Assembly (NCBI RefSeq): GCF_963921235.1
Contig: NC_086097.1
Span: 73,968,001 to 74,032,000, forward strand
Direction: 5' to 3'
Source of the DNA: Mobula hypostoma
Taxonomy: Eukaryota
Length of the DNA: 64,000 bases
In this document: piece by piece, positions 23,661 through 39,114 of the stretch
Layout of the letters: each line of letters starts with the position of its first letter
Position numbering within the stretch: the first letter of the stretch is position 1
The notes under the pieces: generated by a model
The model's input: the letters and a program-made list of their open reading frames with translations, nothing else
Database searches by the model: none
What the model was told of the DNA's origin: nothing
Made by a program: the position numbers and the translations under genes

Positions 23661-26600
23661 TAACACTTGTTCAAATATACTCCAATTCATTTATTCTCAT
23701 TTGTCCCTGTGTTGAAGGAAGGGGATGGATTTGTGGTGGTTGGAAGGAGGAGCAGAGAGGCATTCTAGATCTGAGAGTGGTTAGACAAATGGGAAAGAGG
23801 TCTGAAATGATCAAATGGCGTAGGATTAAGATGTTGGTTAGACAGCAAGAAAAGAGAAGGCAAACGTGATTACAAGTCGAGCTTATGGTGAGGCAAATAT
23901 ACAACGAAAAACTTGCTTGCTGCAGCATTACAGAAATGTTGGTACCGACATCAGGCTATAATTTATACAAGACAGTAAAGAGACTGAAAAAAAGGACTTT
24001 ACAAAAACAAGGCCTTTTTCCAAACAAAAACAAAGACATAATCAGAGCCAAGTCCATGTCATTGTTCTGGATTTTCCACTTCTCTCATTAATTCTAAAGT
24101 TCCTTCTGATTGATTGGTACTTTCAGTTGAATAGCCAAATGCAGCAAGAATAGAATTTCAAACATGAAAGAGCAGCCAAGATAATTCTATCAACACTTTC
24201 CTACTTCTCCTTCCAGCTTACCATTGACATAAGTGATGGTTTTATTTCACACAGCCTGAAATAATGGTCATCAAAGCAGCAATTCAACTTATTTAACTAT
24301 CATGTTGGGTTTATTACATTCTTCCAAATGCAGTCAAATTTCATACCAAAAGTCAGGAATACATGAACTTGGAAATATATCATCTATTTTTTCTAAGTAA
24401 AAATGATAGGTAAGCTGCAATCTACACTGGGTGCAGAGCATCAGATCGATGCTGGTATGATGGAGTAAACAAAAAGATACTTTGTGGTTTTCACCAAACT
24501 TGCTTAAATTGAAACTGGGAGAGATAATAATGATTTTGACTGAAAAAGCCTTAGAAATTCATCATAGATCAAAAGCAGCAAGGCGATTTAGAGTTCAATC
24601 CAGGGGACTAAGTTACTTATACTAGCTCGGGCAGGGCAAAGCACACTTAGCTCAGTAGAGCACTACTTTACAAAGAAACTTGGAGATAATGTTCAATCCT
24701 CACCGTGCATTAAAGCAGATTATTCACGCTTATTTATAAAAACTGGAGATTTGTGCAAAGAATTGAGCACTGGCTCCCACAAAACAGATATGCAACAAAG
24801 GATTAATAACTATAGAGCAGAATGGGAGGAAGAACATTGTTGAGCAAAAGATCATTCAAAGACAACCAAACATATAAAATGAGAGACTGCTTGGATATAT
24901 CATTATCCAAAGATAACAGTTGGTTGATGCAGATTGTAAAGGTTCATGGGCAATTTTAAAAGAGTACTGCAATTACAAATAAGCCCTCAGTCCACTCTTG
25001 AAATGAAATATTCCCCTATTTCCAATTTGAACTGTGGAACAAATACAGAATCACTAAATCCACATTTCACCTGCAAATTGGTGGAGATTGCCAGATAGCT
25101 TAACAGTAAAAATCTATCTAATGTTGAATTCATTGATCCCCTTTCCCTTCACTCATCTAGAACATACTGCATGCCAAACTCTAACTTGCTTGATGCAGGT
25201 GCTCCAATTTCTGATACGCAACATAAGATTGCATAGGATAGGAAAGCTTTTTCTGAATTTCCTATTATGAATTCCTTAATTAACAAAATTCCTTCATTAA
25301 CAAGCTACTTGAGTATCTTTCACAAATTCATGATGCCACATTGTTTTTAACCCAGCAATCAATTTACAATTTTATTTACATTTATTCCCCTTATTGAAAG
25401 TGAATGAAACTGAAACTGCACCATTTTACCTGCATTACAGATTTTTCAGTGCCTTGCTGGTAGTTTGATGGTTACTGTAAATGGAGTTGAGGAATATTTG
25501 TGTGGGAGAACGTGCACAGTGAAAGGTTTTCTGGATACAAGGAGATATGGATTGGAATCAGCCAGCATGGACTTGATGGGATATATGATTTCCTTAGTGT
25601 CTCATCTGGTAAGTGACAACTGAGAAAGGGAAATACAGAAATATGATAGAAACTATACACTCAGATGGTTTCCATGTCACCTCCGTAGTCTACATGGGTA
25701 AAGCAAACCATGCCTTTGTATGAGATCAGTGTTCAATGATGTTCAAGAAGGGGTCTAATATTTTATTACAATTATTTGCTGAGAAAATATAAAATCTGCA
25801 AACTCCATTTAACACTTTTTTAATCTCATATCATCTTGCAAACAAAAGTTGCATTTTAATTAAATATCTAAAACTCTGAGTTAAAAATAATATCCTAAGC
25901 CTTGATTAAAACTAATGATTACTTCACTAAAACTGAAAGTTCTTGAAAATAAACTTACATGCCCATATTTATTTTAACAAATGAAAGATTGTTATATATG
26001 ACTAATAAAGTTTCTGGATAAAGAAAACATGATGTGTACTTATAAACACACAGGATTCTGCAGATGCTAGAAACCTTGAGCAACTCAGCAAGATCCCCCA
26101 GCATTTTGCTTGTGTTGATTTCCACTCATTTTTCTGAAGCACATTTAAACCTAAACTGGACATGAAACATCAAGAACTGAATTCATCTTTAAATGAAGCG
26201 GAAGTCCCTGTCAATCTGCTGTAGAATTACGCCTTCAGACAGAAGCAGCAGCATCACATCACGTGTGTATGAGAAAGTAATAGATATAGCTTTTGTCCAC
26301 AGAAGTGACGACGACCACAATTCTTCAATAAGCAATATTTTCAATTTTTTTTACAACTGTTTATTTTATTAAAAACAACTATTCAGCACTTTCTTGCTGT
26401 TCTGGTCATCGAGTACCATGTCCTTTTTTAAAAAAAATGGATGTAGAAGAAACCTTCTTCCCAGATCATGTTTCCCATGATACTGTGCCTGTCCATCAAA
26501 TTTGGCTGTCAACTTTGATGCATTTTTCAGAGCAACAGTACAAGCTTAAATTACTATGACTGCAAACCATAAATGAGAACCTAGTGCTTTGAAACCATCA

Positions 26601-29600
26601 GATCAATCAGAAGATCATTTACTTGGAAGGGTTATTTGGTAAAGTGAGAGCTGTACATCAACTATCCGCAACTGAGGGCTGAGGCAGCAAAACGACAACA
26701 ACAAATTGTCATTGGCATTCCATTTATGAACCTTCAGACAGCATCAGAGTTCTGTTTGGCGGGAAACCAGATAAGGTCAGACTTTCACTGAATATTTCTT
26801 AACAAGCTACCATCAAAAGAAGTTATGATTTGAATAAAAAGGCTATCACTCCTTAATTTCAATATCAAAGGGATCCACTGTGAACTCCCAGTGCAGAAAA
26901 AAATCTCCCAAAGCTGCATCGGGCTTAATAATCTATTATTTAGGATTTATTTTAGGTTGATTGGAATAAAAAAAAAGCTGTGCTGCTCTAAAACCACAAA
27001 TGAAATAGCACGAAGAAAAGAATGACATTAACATACTATTAATAGTTCAAAAGAATGATATGACACACCAATCAAATTTGTTAATTGACTGTCAATGATC
27101 TGTCCTTAAAAATGCAACATGACTGCATAATGCAGCTCTAAATCTGACAGGAAGACAGTTACATTTGCATCAGTCTCATAAACTAATCAACAATCAGAAT
27201 ATAATGCACATTTTTAATATGTTTGATACTTATTTAAATATACATTGTTTATGCACTGACCACTGACTGTATGTGAACAATTTATCTCAATCATTATTGA
27301 TATTAAGATAATCTCTGTTAAAAGTTCAATATTTAGTCTTTTTTTTGCATTGGGATTTGGGCGGGGTGGGGAGCAGACGTAATTTTTATTTTAAATGAAT
27401 TTTTGTAAGTGAAAAAAGCCAATCAGCCAATTTGGTTTTTAGCTTCATCTTGAAAGCATACACATTACAAACATGGTATGCATACAAATTTGTTGGAAGT
27501 TTTCTGGAAACTCTTTAAAAACAAACTCAGCAGGATAATAACTTACAAATATTAAAATTGGTGTGGGGGATTAGGGGAGGGAAGAGAAAGTTGCCTCTGG
27601 AGATTTTCATTTAGTTTGAAACTGCATCTATGCCTTTACTGTAACAAATTTAACCCTATGAGGGCTGGATATCTCCAACAGATACACAATTGTGATCTTA
27701 GTCAATCACGGTATGCATAAAATTAACTAAGGAATCAATGGCAAGATTCACTCTTTCTTTTAACTTGCTTTTTTTATTGTTTAGAATCCCGTGCTTGCAT
27801 TGAGTTAAAAAGAATCCTTCCAATTTAAGGCTTGTTAGCTGATATCACCTGATTTAAGGAAGTAATAAGTCTCAACAGATGATATAAGTCAACAAATTCC
27901 TCCACTCTATACGAAGACAAATTTCCCAATACCCACAACCTAAGACCCACCTCCTCCACCCCAAGCTTCCTATCTACTCCTGTCTGTGACTTCTCGAGCG
28001 TTCTGCCCCTACAGGATGCCAGGCCTGTCAATCACGTTGGTTTCCCCGTGGAGATCCTTCTGGGGAAAAAGGATACCCACTGTGATGTGTAAATCACACG
28101 CTGCGTAATGAGACCCAGTGTTCAAAGTTTCCAAAGCAAACCCTTTGACCTTGCTATATCGCAGCCATTCACAAAATCATTAACCACATCATTACCATCC
28201 CCATCACCAGTAACCTGTAAAATACCAACAAAACTCGCATCAGTCAAGTCCAGCCCATTGATTCTCTTTCCCCTATCACAGATGCTGCCTGACTTGCTGG
28301 ACATTCCTAGATTTTTTTATTATCTAACCCCTTTGGTGGAATGCTGATTATACTGTAAACTAAAGGAGCCAATTCCACGAAGGTTAGAGCAGAGTAGTGG
28401 TCTCAGTTATTCAACACTGCAAAATCTGAATAAAGCAAATAATTATTTTTCTGCAAAATATTACAATAATTTGAAGCTAACTTAAGCATGCAAGAGGACT
28501 GGTACTTTTTGAAAACATTCTTTAAATTTTTTTCTTTTATACTTTTAACCATATTACACAGGTATGCTTTAAGAATAACTTTAGTAAGTATCTGAATGAC
28601 TACACACACATCTATGGCACTCAATTAATTTCAAAAAGGGAAATGAAGTAATTTATTTCTATACCTGGACTCCAATTTCACCACATCAAACACAACTATT
28701 TTAATGCAGTGGATGTATGGATCATTTAACTTATATTTTACTACCATTGAAATGACTGAATGTGATTTTTGTATTATTTAGACCTTTAAAGAGGTGCAAT
28801 TTGCATTTCTTAAAAAGTGATTGCTGATACCTAAGGCGTACATTTAACAACATTCATCAGTATTTTTAATAGCTTTACTCCATGTCAAAATAGGAGATTA
28901 TGTGCAGGAATGCATTAAACCTACAAAATATTAATCAGAATGTATTCGCAAAATGTATTGTGTCAACATTATTAAATGTAAATAACAGTTTGCTAGAATG
29001 ACAATATTTTTTAATTTCCCAAACCTCCATCAATGTTGCATTTCTAGAGAAGACATCTCTCAAGACCCATGAAGAATAACATGATATTTAGTGAAATAAT
29101 AGAACGGTAGCACTGAGTGGCAGGACTGAAGGGAAAGGTGATGATAATGATGGAGAACCTGTACTGGCGAAGGTAGAAAATTAGACATTCCTAAACAAGG
29201 TCTAAACAACTATCAATCCACTGGCCTGGGCCAATAATTGGAGTCATGCTTTCAAAAACTATTATGCCAAAATAGAGAACTAATGCCAGTAAACATAGCA
29301 ATTAAACTACCCAACTTCCATAACAATCAACCTGGTACCTTAATGTTCTGTGCAAGTGAAAAAGGTGTTATCTGGGGGGGGGGGGGGGAGAGAGAGAGAG
29401 AACACAGACAAAGAAAACATCATTATTATATACAAAGTTCCTTTGCAAGGACAAAGATTAAACTCATGAATTCTTCATCAAAGAATTTCTGAGCATAGGC
29501 CTTTACTCTTTATTATTCAGAAGTATAAATTAAATTCTGGTGGCTTCATTGTTTTTACACATGACAACTTCTATAACTGGAAACTACTTTGCACAACATT

Positions 29601-32600
29601 TAAGTAATGTTTGTCACCACCAAAGGAAGATAAATACTTAATAATTGGTAGTAATTCATCCAAATTACTTCAGTATTCAAGAAAATTCAAGATTATGATA
29701 TGATACACCTTGTAACTACAGTAGTTGTTGAATGTTCAGCAGGCTTTGAGTTGTAACTCATGTGTATAAACAAAAGTTACCATTGTGCTATTTTTGTCAC
29801 ATCATGATAAAGCCCAATGTTCCAGAATGCTTCCCTCAATGCCTCTTACAATATTATTACACGATCATTGAATAGCTCATCTAGCTCTCTGTACCACTAG
29901 ATATACTATATATAAAGTCAAAATATTGACAATGTTTACTTTTCTATACCAGGAATAGCTTGGTGTGAAAATCTGTTCAGAGGTCATGAGCAGATGATAC
30001 AAAGAGATATCCCTAAAATACTTGTATTTTGGTTTTTCTTCTCTGTCCATATTGCCAATTCTAATTGCATAATTCTATGTATATGCTTGGAATTGAAACA
30101 TTGGATCAGAATTATTATGTTCTTGTCAAAAAGATAAACCAATAAAATGATCTATGAAGCACATCACAAAATTATACAAAATAATGACATCTAGAACCAA
30201 ACCTAATTACATGGGTTCAATGTAAATTCATGAAGTCTTACAACAGACAAAGTTGTTATTTGACCCACAATATTTGTGGCAGCACTTTGAAAGAGATTTT
30301 CAATTAATCCCATTCTCCAGCTTTTTCCCTATAGTCCTGTAAACAAAGTACTTAATAAAAAAAGTGTTTCTTTCTAATTTAATAGTTTTAGTATTCATAA
30401 ATATCCATGAATATTCTTCAAAACAATAAATGCTTAAAGGATAATTAAATTAAAAATTAATTTGGACATTATAGTATGATATTTTACTCCAATTTCTATT
30501 CTTTAACATTGCAACAATTATCTAACTGAAACTCTCAGTTTGCTGAAGTTGTCCTTTGGGATCTTACTCCCTCTTCCACACTTTAATTGTTATTCAGGTT
30601 TTGTTTTAGCATTAATTGAGATCCACTTAAGTTACTTTCAGTAAGCATTTGTTTGATGTGCTATGTTATTACAGAGGTTGTATATGTCAGTATGAAAGAG
30701 GGTGCGTATGGGAATTACCAGAATTGTGAGTCCATGTGACAATCAAAACTCCTCACTGAGATATCATTCTTTGCTGCCAACTGAACAATTTCACATATAT
30801 TGAAAATTCCCTCACTTTAAACCCTTACTGGTTTTGCAGCAAATTTTATACATGGACAAATCCTTCTTGCAATGCTACCTCTCATTCCTTTCTGAACAAA
30901 TTCAATTGCTCTACCATATTTGGTGCTTAGGTTTTTTCAAACTTTACAAAATGCTTGCTATATTTTTTATCTGCTTTTAATAAATTTTCTCCTACCAATA
31001 ACATTCTCTTCAGGTAAAAGCAAATCTTCATAGCACAAATGTATTTTGTGACCCACATCAGTAACTATACATTTTACATTTCTTTATTTAAAAGGTGCTG
31101 ATCAAAATGATCACTATAGTACTTCAAAATTCTCCAGATGGTCTAATTTTGATAACTTTACACTTTACAATTGTTTGTACTGCCCACTTTCTTCAACCTT
31201 AAGTAGTAAGGAATAATAACAAAACTCATCACCTATCAATGGTGCCATTTCCTTTACGTAATAGTATTTACTTCTGAGGTATCATTGCAAATTATAGTGG
31301 AGACACATCAAAGTAGGGGGTGGTTTGAATGTGGATTAAGCAAAAAATGTTAGCTTTTTTCTTCTTTCTTGTAATAATTGCAACTTGATGATCTTGCAAT
31401 TTGCTGAATGCACCATACTTTTTGATTCATCAATTGACAACTTAGAGACAAGAGAATCAACTGTGACAAGTCAACCATCACACCCTGCTCTCAAGAAAAC
31501 AGTGCATTTGATTTTCCAAAAATTGTATTACCAATGTATGTGAACGTCCCCCTCCCCCCTTTTAAAATGCCTATCTTTTTGTAATTTCTTTCAGTGCTAA
31601 CTGTGGATTTACATGGGCAAACATTAATATGTGTGTTTTTCCTCACAGCCTCTCTTTATAAAAGTAGGAAGCCATTCTCCTTTCAAGTTTCCATCTACAT
31701 AACAGGAAATTTATTTCTGCAAATATCTCTTTATTCTTGAGTTTAATGCCATTCTATCTTACCCAACTAGTAAACTTCACCAAAATTTATTTGGTAGTGC
31801 AATATTTCAGTGTTATTTTTCTAATAATTACATATCCTGAGACTTTAATTATTTGAATCAACTGGGATGACTATTTTGTCAAATATTTAGGCTTTTTATA
31901 AATGTTAAACATTCGGCTAACAAAATATTTTAAATCAGGCACAGAAATATCCCACAAATCATTGTAAAAATCTGGTAAGATTGAAAAATTTTAAAATAAA
32001 GATTATTTTCTTATTCCAATGTTATCTGAATGAGACATTTAACCAGCTTCTATTATATTCTGCAGTTTCTGCCAATTTGGAAAAAATGGGACATGAGATT
32101 CTATTTCCGGCAGTGGATTTGATAATAAGACGATACAGTACACATAACACTAAAGATTTGGAGTGCTAGCCTCCATTATTTTTCTGCAAGGTAGTTCAAA
32201 TAAATAAACTAACAGGTGAAATATGCCCCTGCACACTTTCACTTATTTGGTCTAAAATGGAAGATCAATTTATTTTGATTTAAATATTAAATTCCTTTTA
32301 AAATCAAGTTATTGCTGAAGATAAAATATACTTTACAAATCTAAAAGATTATCTAAAATTCTTTGTTTGGGGATTAATATTGCAACTTTTTTTTCTCTTT
32401 AAAAGAGTTATGTTGTATAGAAGTGATCATATTGTATACATTCACAAATTTTTTTATATTTATTAGCACTTCTGAAATCCCCAACCCACGAATGCACAAC
32501 TGTCACATATGATCAGTGTTACTTAGCTGGACCTATAAACCTTGTTATTTCAATAGATGTAGTAAGCAAAAAGGCAGACATCGCTGAATGTCTTGTAAAA

Positions 32601-35419
32601 TATCACCAAATCTTGCTCAATATTTATATGATAAATTACATTACCCTTGCGTGCCTTTAAGTTTATTGAAGGGAAAAAATATAAAATGCCAAAAGAATGG
32701 CATCATAGTCAGTTCGTCATAAATAGACTGTGGTCATTTCTTGACATTGGACCTTTTCTTCTTGATATGCTACTGTAAATAAGCGTGTTCCCTTGCCTGT
32801 CTGCTTTCCTCATGCCCATTTTCAGAAATGCCGCAGCAGATAAGTAACACTGTCATGTCCGTTTTGTCAACTACATGCTGATTATCCTTTCTATTGGCAG
32901 TTTGTGAACATTATCAAGGTCAGAAGCAATCACTCAGAAGACACCTCCTGATGCTGTTATAGTTAATGATGATTTCAGTGAGAAGGCTCCTTAGAGCAAG
33001 AGCTGTTATTAAAATAATAGGAAGTGGAAATTAAGAGACTTCATACTTTGCCAGCTGTTTACTTGGAGAGAAAAAGCTTTAATAGCAAAGCAAATATATA
33101 AAAAAAATTGCAGAATTTAGAAAGGACTTTGACAAATGGGCAATATATTTAAAATATATCAAGATTACCTTGTAATGAATTTGCTATTTGGCGATATATG
33201 CCGACTTCATTTCTCCTTGTATTAGGGCAAATGCCCACACTTTTTAACTGTCTGGACCTCAGCTTTTGACAAATTGGTTGTGAGGCATTTACGACTGATG
33301 CACATATCGGAAAATCATTTCTGCCAAGTTTCCTTCGTGACCTGCCCGTGGGACATGACATGCTCCAAGACGCATCGCTCTATCAAACCGCATCTTTCCA
33401 GAACAATGCAAATTATGACAAATTCCATCATCCTGCATTATGCGCTTCATGCTAATCTCCCTAATTCGAGAGAATCAGGAGGCTCGCTGTTCTGCTGAAG
33501 GGCATGTTGTCTGATTGAATGATAGTGAAAAAACATCCACAATCTCTTTTGCCTCCTCATCCCAGCTGTGCCCACCTCTGCCCTCAAAGCACTGTTTCTT
33601 TACCTCATACAGAAAATTAACTCATCAATGACGTTGCATTATAAGAAAATATAGGATAAATTAAGATTTTAACTTTATCCAATATAGGTTTTAAGTATTT
33701 TGGATGGTAAATGTTAATAAACTCCGTTCTACCTATTCCTGCTGACTTACTCGGCCTGTTATACTGTCACATTGGGAATCCAATTTCAGTGAGAAACTGG
33801 GACTTCTCCCACACTGGCTTTTGAACCAATCATTTAGGATTCAGGCTATTCTGAAACTCGGCAAGTTGACTTTGTGAGGTTATGCTAGTTGCTTTCAGCA
33901 ACTGGACAACTTGCTGAAAACATTAAAAAGTCTCCAGGCCAAACAACTGCTTTTAAGTGATAATACTTTTCCATTTCAGAAGGTGGCAGCATTACTACAT
34001 GGAATAGAACAGCCAATGCAATATGGCAAACAATTTCAATATCCTCCAATAAATATGCAAATCCTGTACTCAATTAGGATTCCAAGTTATTAAACTGTAG
34101 GACTTAACAATACAGAAACATCAGGATGGTTCAGTTCTTTCTGCAGAAAAAGAGTACACTGCTGCTTATCACATAAAATTGTTACTTTTTGCATTTACAA
34201 AACACTGAATATTGATGTAAAATCTGAGAAGGAAGTTCTTTTCTTTTCCATGAAATAGTGAAGTTCCAAAATCTGTAACTACAATATGTAACTGCTAGGT
34301 TAGAAAGAGGGATTTTCTGCCATATTGCAATTTCTATTAAAGTTCAGCCATTTTGATGTGCTCACTTGCCATTTAGAACACATCCAATATAAAATAAAAT
34401 GAAGTGAAACTAGACAGAATGAGAATAATTACTAAGTTACATGATTAATGTAATGTGTGTTTTGCAGCATTTATTAATGTGAAACTTCATACCTTTATTC
34501 TGAATCATTGGCATAAAAATTAGGATATTAACTTGTTCAGACACAAGATATTTTTAGTTTTGAAAAGACTCGCTTCTGTCATGCTCTGGGTCTTTCTATG
34601 TAGGTGTGTGACTGTGAGAAATGCCATATGATTTAGCCTATCTTAAACAGATTAATACAAACAAAATAATAACATCTGACTGAACCAAAAAAAAAAGCAC
34701 ATTTCTATACATATGCCAGATGAACATTAAATTGTTTGAGTTTAATGTACATAACTGTTTGCCAAGTTTTAGTTTAAGTTGTCTCCTGATAAAATGACCC
34801 ATTTAGATTGTTAGAGTTCATCTTTAGATGCAGAAAATATATTCTATAGTACAGATCTGACTGAACTGTCATCCAGAGTAAGTCAGCATATTCAATACTA
34901 TCAAATCTGAGAATCTGAGTAATATTTAATATTTATAAACTGACTGTCTAACCCCTAAAAGCTGTCATAGATTTATGTGTTCTCTACATTATGCCACTAA
35001 GAATACATCTTGCTACACTTTAATGGTCAGAATGCTGAGATTGCAGTTTTAAGTAAGAGTTATTACAAATGGAAACTCCTTCTTGGATGTTTCATGAAAG
35101 TTGTATACTAAGTCAGCATTTCTGTTATAAAAACTGCTTAAGGTCAGTGTCTGAGCTTCTGTCTTTGAGAAATGATCCACTGAATATTTTGAACAACAGA
35201 GAGTGCAAGGAATGTTAACTTATGCACTGTGATGTTGAGTCATGCTTCAGGGGTCCCAGCCTGACCGAAACTTCGCAAAGGTGCAAAAAGGCAGCTCCAG
35301 TCACAGCCTTTTGAAAATAAGCTCTTTTGATAAAATAAGCAAAAATTAAAAGATACAAAGCTATATTTTTATAACTAAGACTTATTTCTAAGCAAACTTG
35401 TAATTCAGTCTTAAGTTAA

Positions 35420-35790
35420 AAGAGATGCTCCAATGTAAGATGATGAGGGACATTGATCATGTGGATAGCCAGAGGCTTTTTCCCAGGGCTGAGATGGCTA
35501 ACATGAGGGGGGCATAGTTTTAAGGTGCTTGGAAATAGGGACCGAGGGGATGTCAGGGGTAATTTTTCCACACAGAGTGGTGGGTACATGGAATGCACTG
35601 CCAGCGGCGGTGGAAGCAGATACAATAAGGTCTTTTAAGATCCTCTTAGATAGGTACATGGAGCTTAGTAAAATAGAGGACAATGCACTAGAGAAATTCT
35701 AGGCAGTCTCTAGAGTAGGTTACATGGTCGGCAATACCTTGTGGGCTGAAGGGCCTGTAATGAGCTGTGAATTTCTATGTTCTATATGTA
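35420..35790 (+). mobile_element. CR1 LINE 3' fragment
   Basis: 'ggctttttcccagggctgag..ggggcatagttttaaggtg', ending 'gggctgaagggcctgta..ttctatgttctat'. Confidence 0.75.
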
Positions 35791-35809
35791 AATATGCTTT
35801 ATAATTATC

Positions 35810-36010
35810 AAAAAAGGCTGCAGATGCTGAAAATCTAAAATAAAAATAGAAGATACTAGAAACAAATCCATGGGAAGAAAAACAGAACGAATGATTCAGG
35901 TTCAAGACCCTTTGTCAGAGGTCTGTCATAGTATCTTTAACCTAAAACATTAACTTGATTTCTCTTCCCAGAGATGCAACCTGACCTGCTGAGTATTTTC
36001 AGCATTTTCT
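35810..36010. mobile_element. Degenerate Penelope-like inverted-repeat element (similar remnants near 26050, 28280, 41550-41720)
   Basis: 'ctgcagatgctgaaaatct' ... 'gatgcaacctgacctgctgagtattttcagcattt'. Confidence 0.5.
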
Positions 36011-39000
36011 TTTTTAGGTTCATAATTAACTCTAATTTCTGAAAGAGCTATGACTTGCCATAATTAGCAATTGAGACAATTTTTGAAAATTAATCGCCCA
36101 ATTCAAATTAATGATACGTCTTTTCATTATCACTCTCAGCCTTAATGAACATAAAGAATTAAGAATACATTAATTTGATCCTCATCTAATAATTTAGAAG
36201 ATGATAACTTGGTTTGACCATAATCTGATTATATAATAAATTTACAGAACTACCAAAGGATCTCACAAAGCAGTGCAAATTGTTTGCCTGGAACAGTTCA
36301 TGAACACTACCTTGCTACTCCTTTTTTTATAGTACTTATTTATTTATCATAACTTAGAGTCATTTTTTATGTCTTACACTGTATTGCTGTCACGAAACAA
36401 CAAACATCATGACATATATCAGTGATAATATTTCATTCTGATTCTTTCATAAACTTTATATCTGGTCAAACACTCCTATACAATCATTTTAGGTTACAGC
36501 AGCAGTTTTGCAACATGCTATGAAATAACATGTGGGATTTGGGTCTTGAATAAAACATTCTTCATATTAAGGGAAAGTACTTATATTATCCTGTTCCTTC
36601 AAACTTATTTCCCATTACCCCTATCCTGTTCTTCCAAGAAGGGAAGAAAACTACATCCAAAATGGTGGGTCCTTTTTCAAAAAAATATAGACCTGAATGG
36701 TTGTAATGGAAATGTATAGCTGGAGCCACGTTCCATTTTGGATATTTTTTCATCTACCTCCTATTCCCACACTCCACTGGAAATAATCGTTCAAAAACTA
36801 TTAAAAGACTAAACATTTCAAATGACTGCTTCCTCTCATAATTAAGCAAAATGGTTTTATTTTCAGCAGCCAGATATTTCTCTCCACCCACACCTGATTA
36901 TCAAATTCCATCTTCATGCATAGTAAAATATCAAGAGTTTTGGTACACCCAATGGGTTTGATCATTAGAATAGTGGACAATAAATTTAATGTCTACTGCA
37001 AAGTCTAGGCTGTTGTCTTCTGCTCTTATTTGTAAAAGTTAATATTAGTTATTGCATTTCAGCAGAATATCACTTTAGAAGAGAACAATGAAAAACATAA
37101 CTCCCAGAAAGTAAAGGAAAGCTCTGCCCTCAAAGGAATAAAGCACATGAAAGATATTCATAACTAAGCACTTTAAAACACTGTTCATAATGTTCCCTCT
37201 ATTCATGTTTTATAGCCTTTATGCAGGCCCATTTTTACAACATTATACAGATACACATTCAATATTTATTGCTTTGGGATGAAGGGATCTTGGGTTTCTC
37301 ACTTTGCTTCCAGCAAGTTCAGCACCTTAAGAAGTGAGTGACTATTTTCGTATCATTGCAGGGAAAAGCAGTAGGCACACCCTACATTTGCTGTGGCTTG
37401 TTGACATGAACCAGGGCAGGCAGAAACCAATAATACATGAAGTGCTGTTCAGAGGCAATTAGGATCAGTTGTCAAGGCTCGACCATTAATGAAGGAACAT
37501 GTCAGCAGAGCCACAGACCTCAGCATTTGAGGGCAAGAAGGCGATTTAGTGTGACATATCGAGTCCTTCCAACGTCCTCAGCAGTACATGCTAATACCAG
37601 TCTTAACAACACAGTGTGGCAGTATATAATGCAACTAACATGGGCTTTGATTCAGCAAAATGACTGCTGCCACTGCGAGTCCATCTCACTTCGGCTGCAG
37701 ATAAGGTTACCCAGCTAATAATTACCAGTTTGCCAGTTCTCCAACCAGCTCTGTCCTCCTTACATCTGTCTTGCTTAAAAGTGGTATACACACACAAGAA
37801 TATATAAAGATATACTCAACAATATTTTGCTTCCTGTGTAGTTTATGTTTCCAGTTGATTCTGAATCAGAAGCAAAATTCTTACTGTAGGCTGAAATACC
37901 TTTTCAAAAATGGATGTGAGTTGACATACCAAGCTAATATTTGCATGCATTCTTCTGTGTAACCAAGTCAAGAAAATGGCACAATTATTCTGAAAAGGTC
38001 ACAGAAAATTAAAGTCCTTAATTTTCAGTTTTAATGATGAAGAAACCATCAGCACTGTCATTTCAGTGTAAAACCAACAGCAACTTCTGACATTGCAGAA
38101 GTAGTATTAAATGTGTAATTTCAGAGGCTGCCATCAGTGGTACCTGGCATCTCCACTCGGTGTGCTATTGTAGTCTTGAAAAATACTAACAGAAACAGAG
38201 ATTTGACATGAACACAACCGTATATGTACCATTCCCATTGTGAACCCATTTACAATATTAAGCCTTGTTAAGTGATGAGTCTTCATTGCTGTAATTTGAT
38301 GAATAAACATCTGGGTCTAAAAAACTAATTTTATACCTTTGGAGTGCTATTGCACACAAGAAAGCAAAATGCATAGATTTTTGAAAATTAAAAAAAATCA
38401 AATGATATAATATTTTTCCTCCTTATTCCCATATGTATATCCCATTCTATATTTCTATAAAATAAGTTGAAAGTGATTTTTATGTCCTAATTTGCTTTGA
38501 TAGTTCTTTAATTTCATTGGTTTTGCAGCCGAATGAGACCACAAAATTAAAATCATGTTGGAATAAGGAAAATTGAGTCACAAAGCCTGAGAAATCTTAT
38601 TGTACAGCTTTTTCTGAGGTCAGAAGCAAGCACTGACTTTTCACCGCTGACAACAAAATGCAGGTCAATAACATTTGCAAATATTCTGCATTGGCCCTAT
38701 TCTCAATAGAGTGCATGTATGGTACTCGATTTTCTTCTTGCGAATAAACTATACTTATAATACAGTCTTCTCTCAGACAAGGAGATATTCTGCTTGGTGA
38801 CTATTTTATGTCTATAACACAATATGGGGGCTTAGTTTGCATCATGCACATTAGAAGATTTGCACGTTACCTTCTGCTACTTGCAGTTTGATATACAGAA
38901 AAACAATGATTTTTTTAAAAATGGAGTTTTTTCCCTTGTTAATTTATTTAAATTGTTGCTATCAGTAAAAGGTTGCTGACAAGTATCCACATAAACAGAA

Positions 39001-39114
39001 ATACAAACAAACTGCCAGTTACATCAGATAAGCTAAAAGAATGGGAAGAAACATATGCTGTTTGAGCAGCAGACCAGAGCAGCTAATACAAAAGCTGCCT
39101 TTGAGGGCCAGAGA

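Noticed and set aside
24640..24705. tRNA-like segment (agctcagtagagc...gttcaatcct)
   Set aside because: No cloverleaf can be formed; at most a decayed SINE head.
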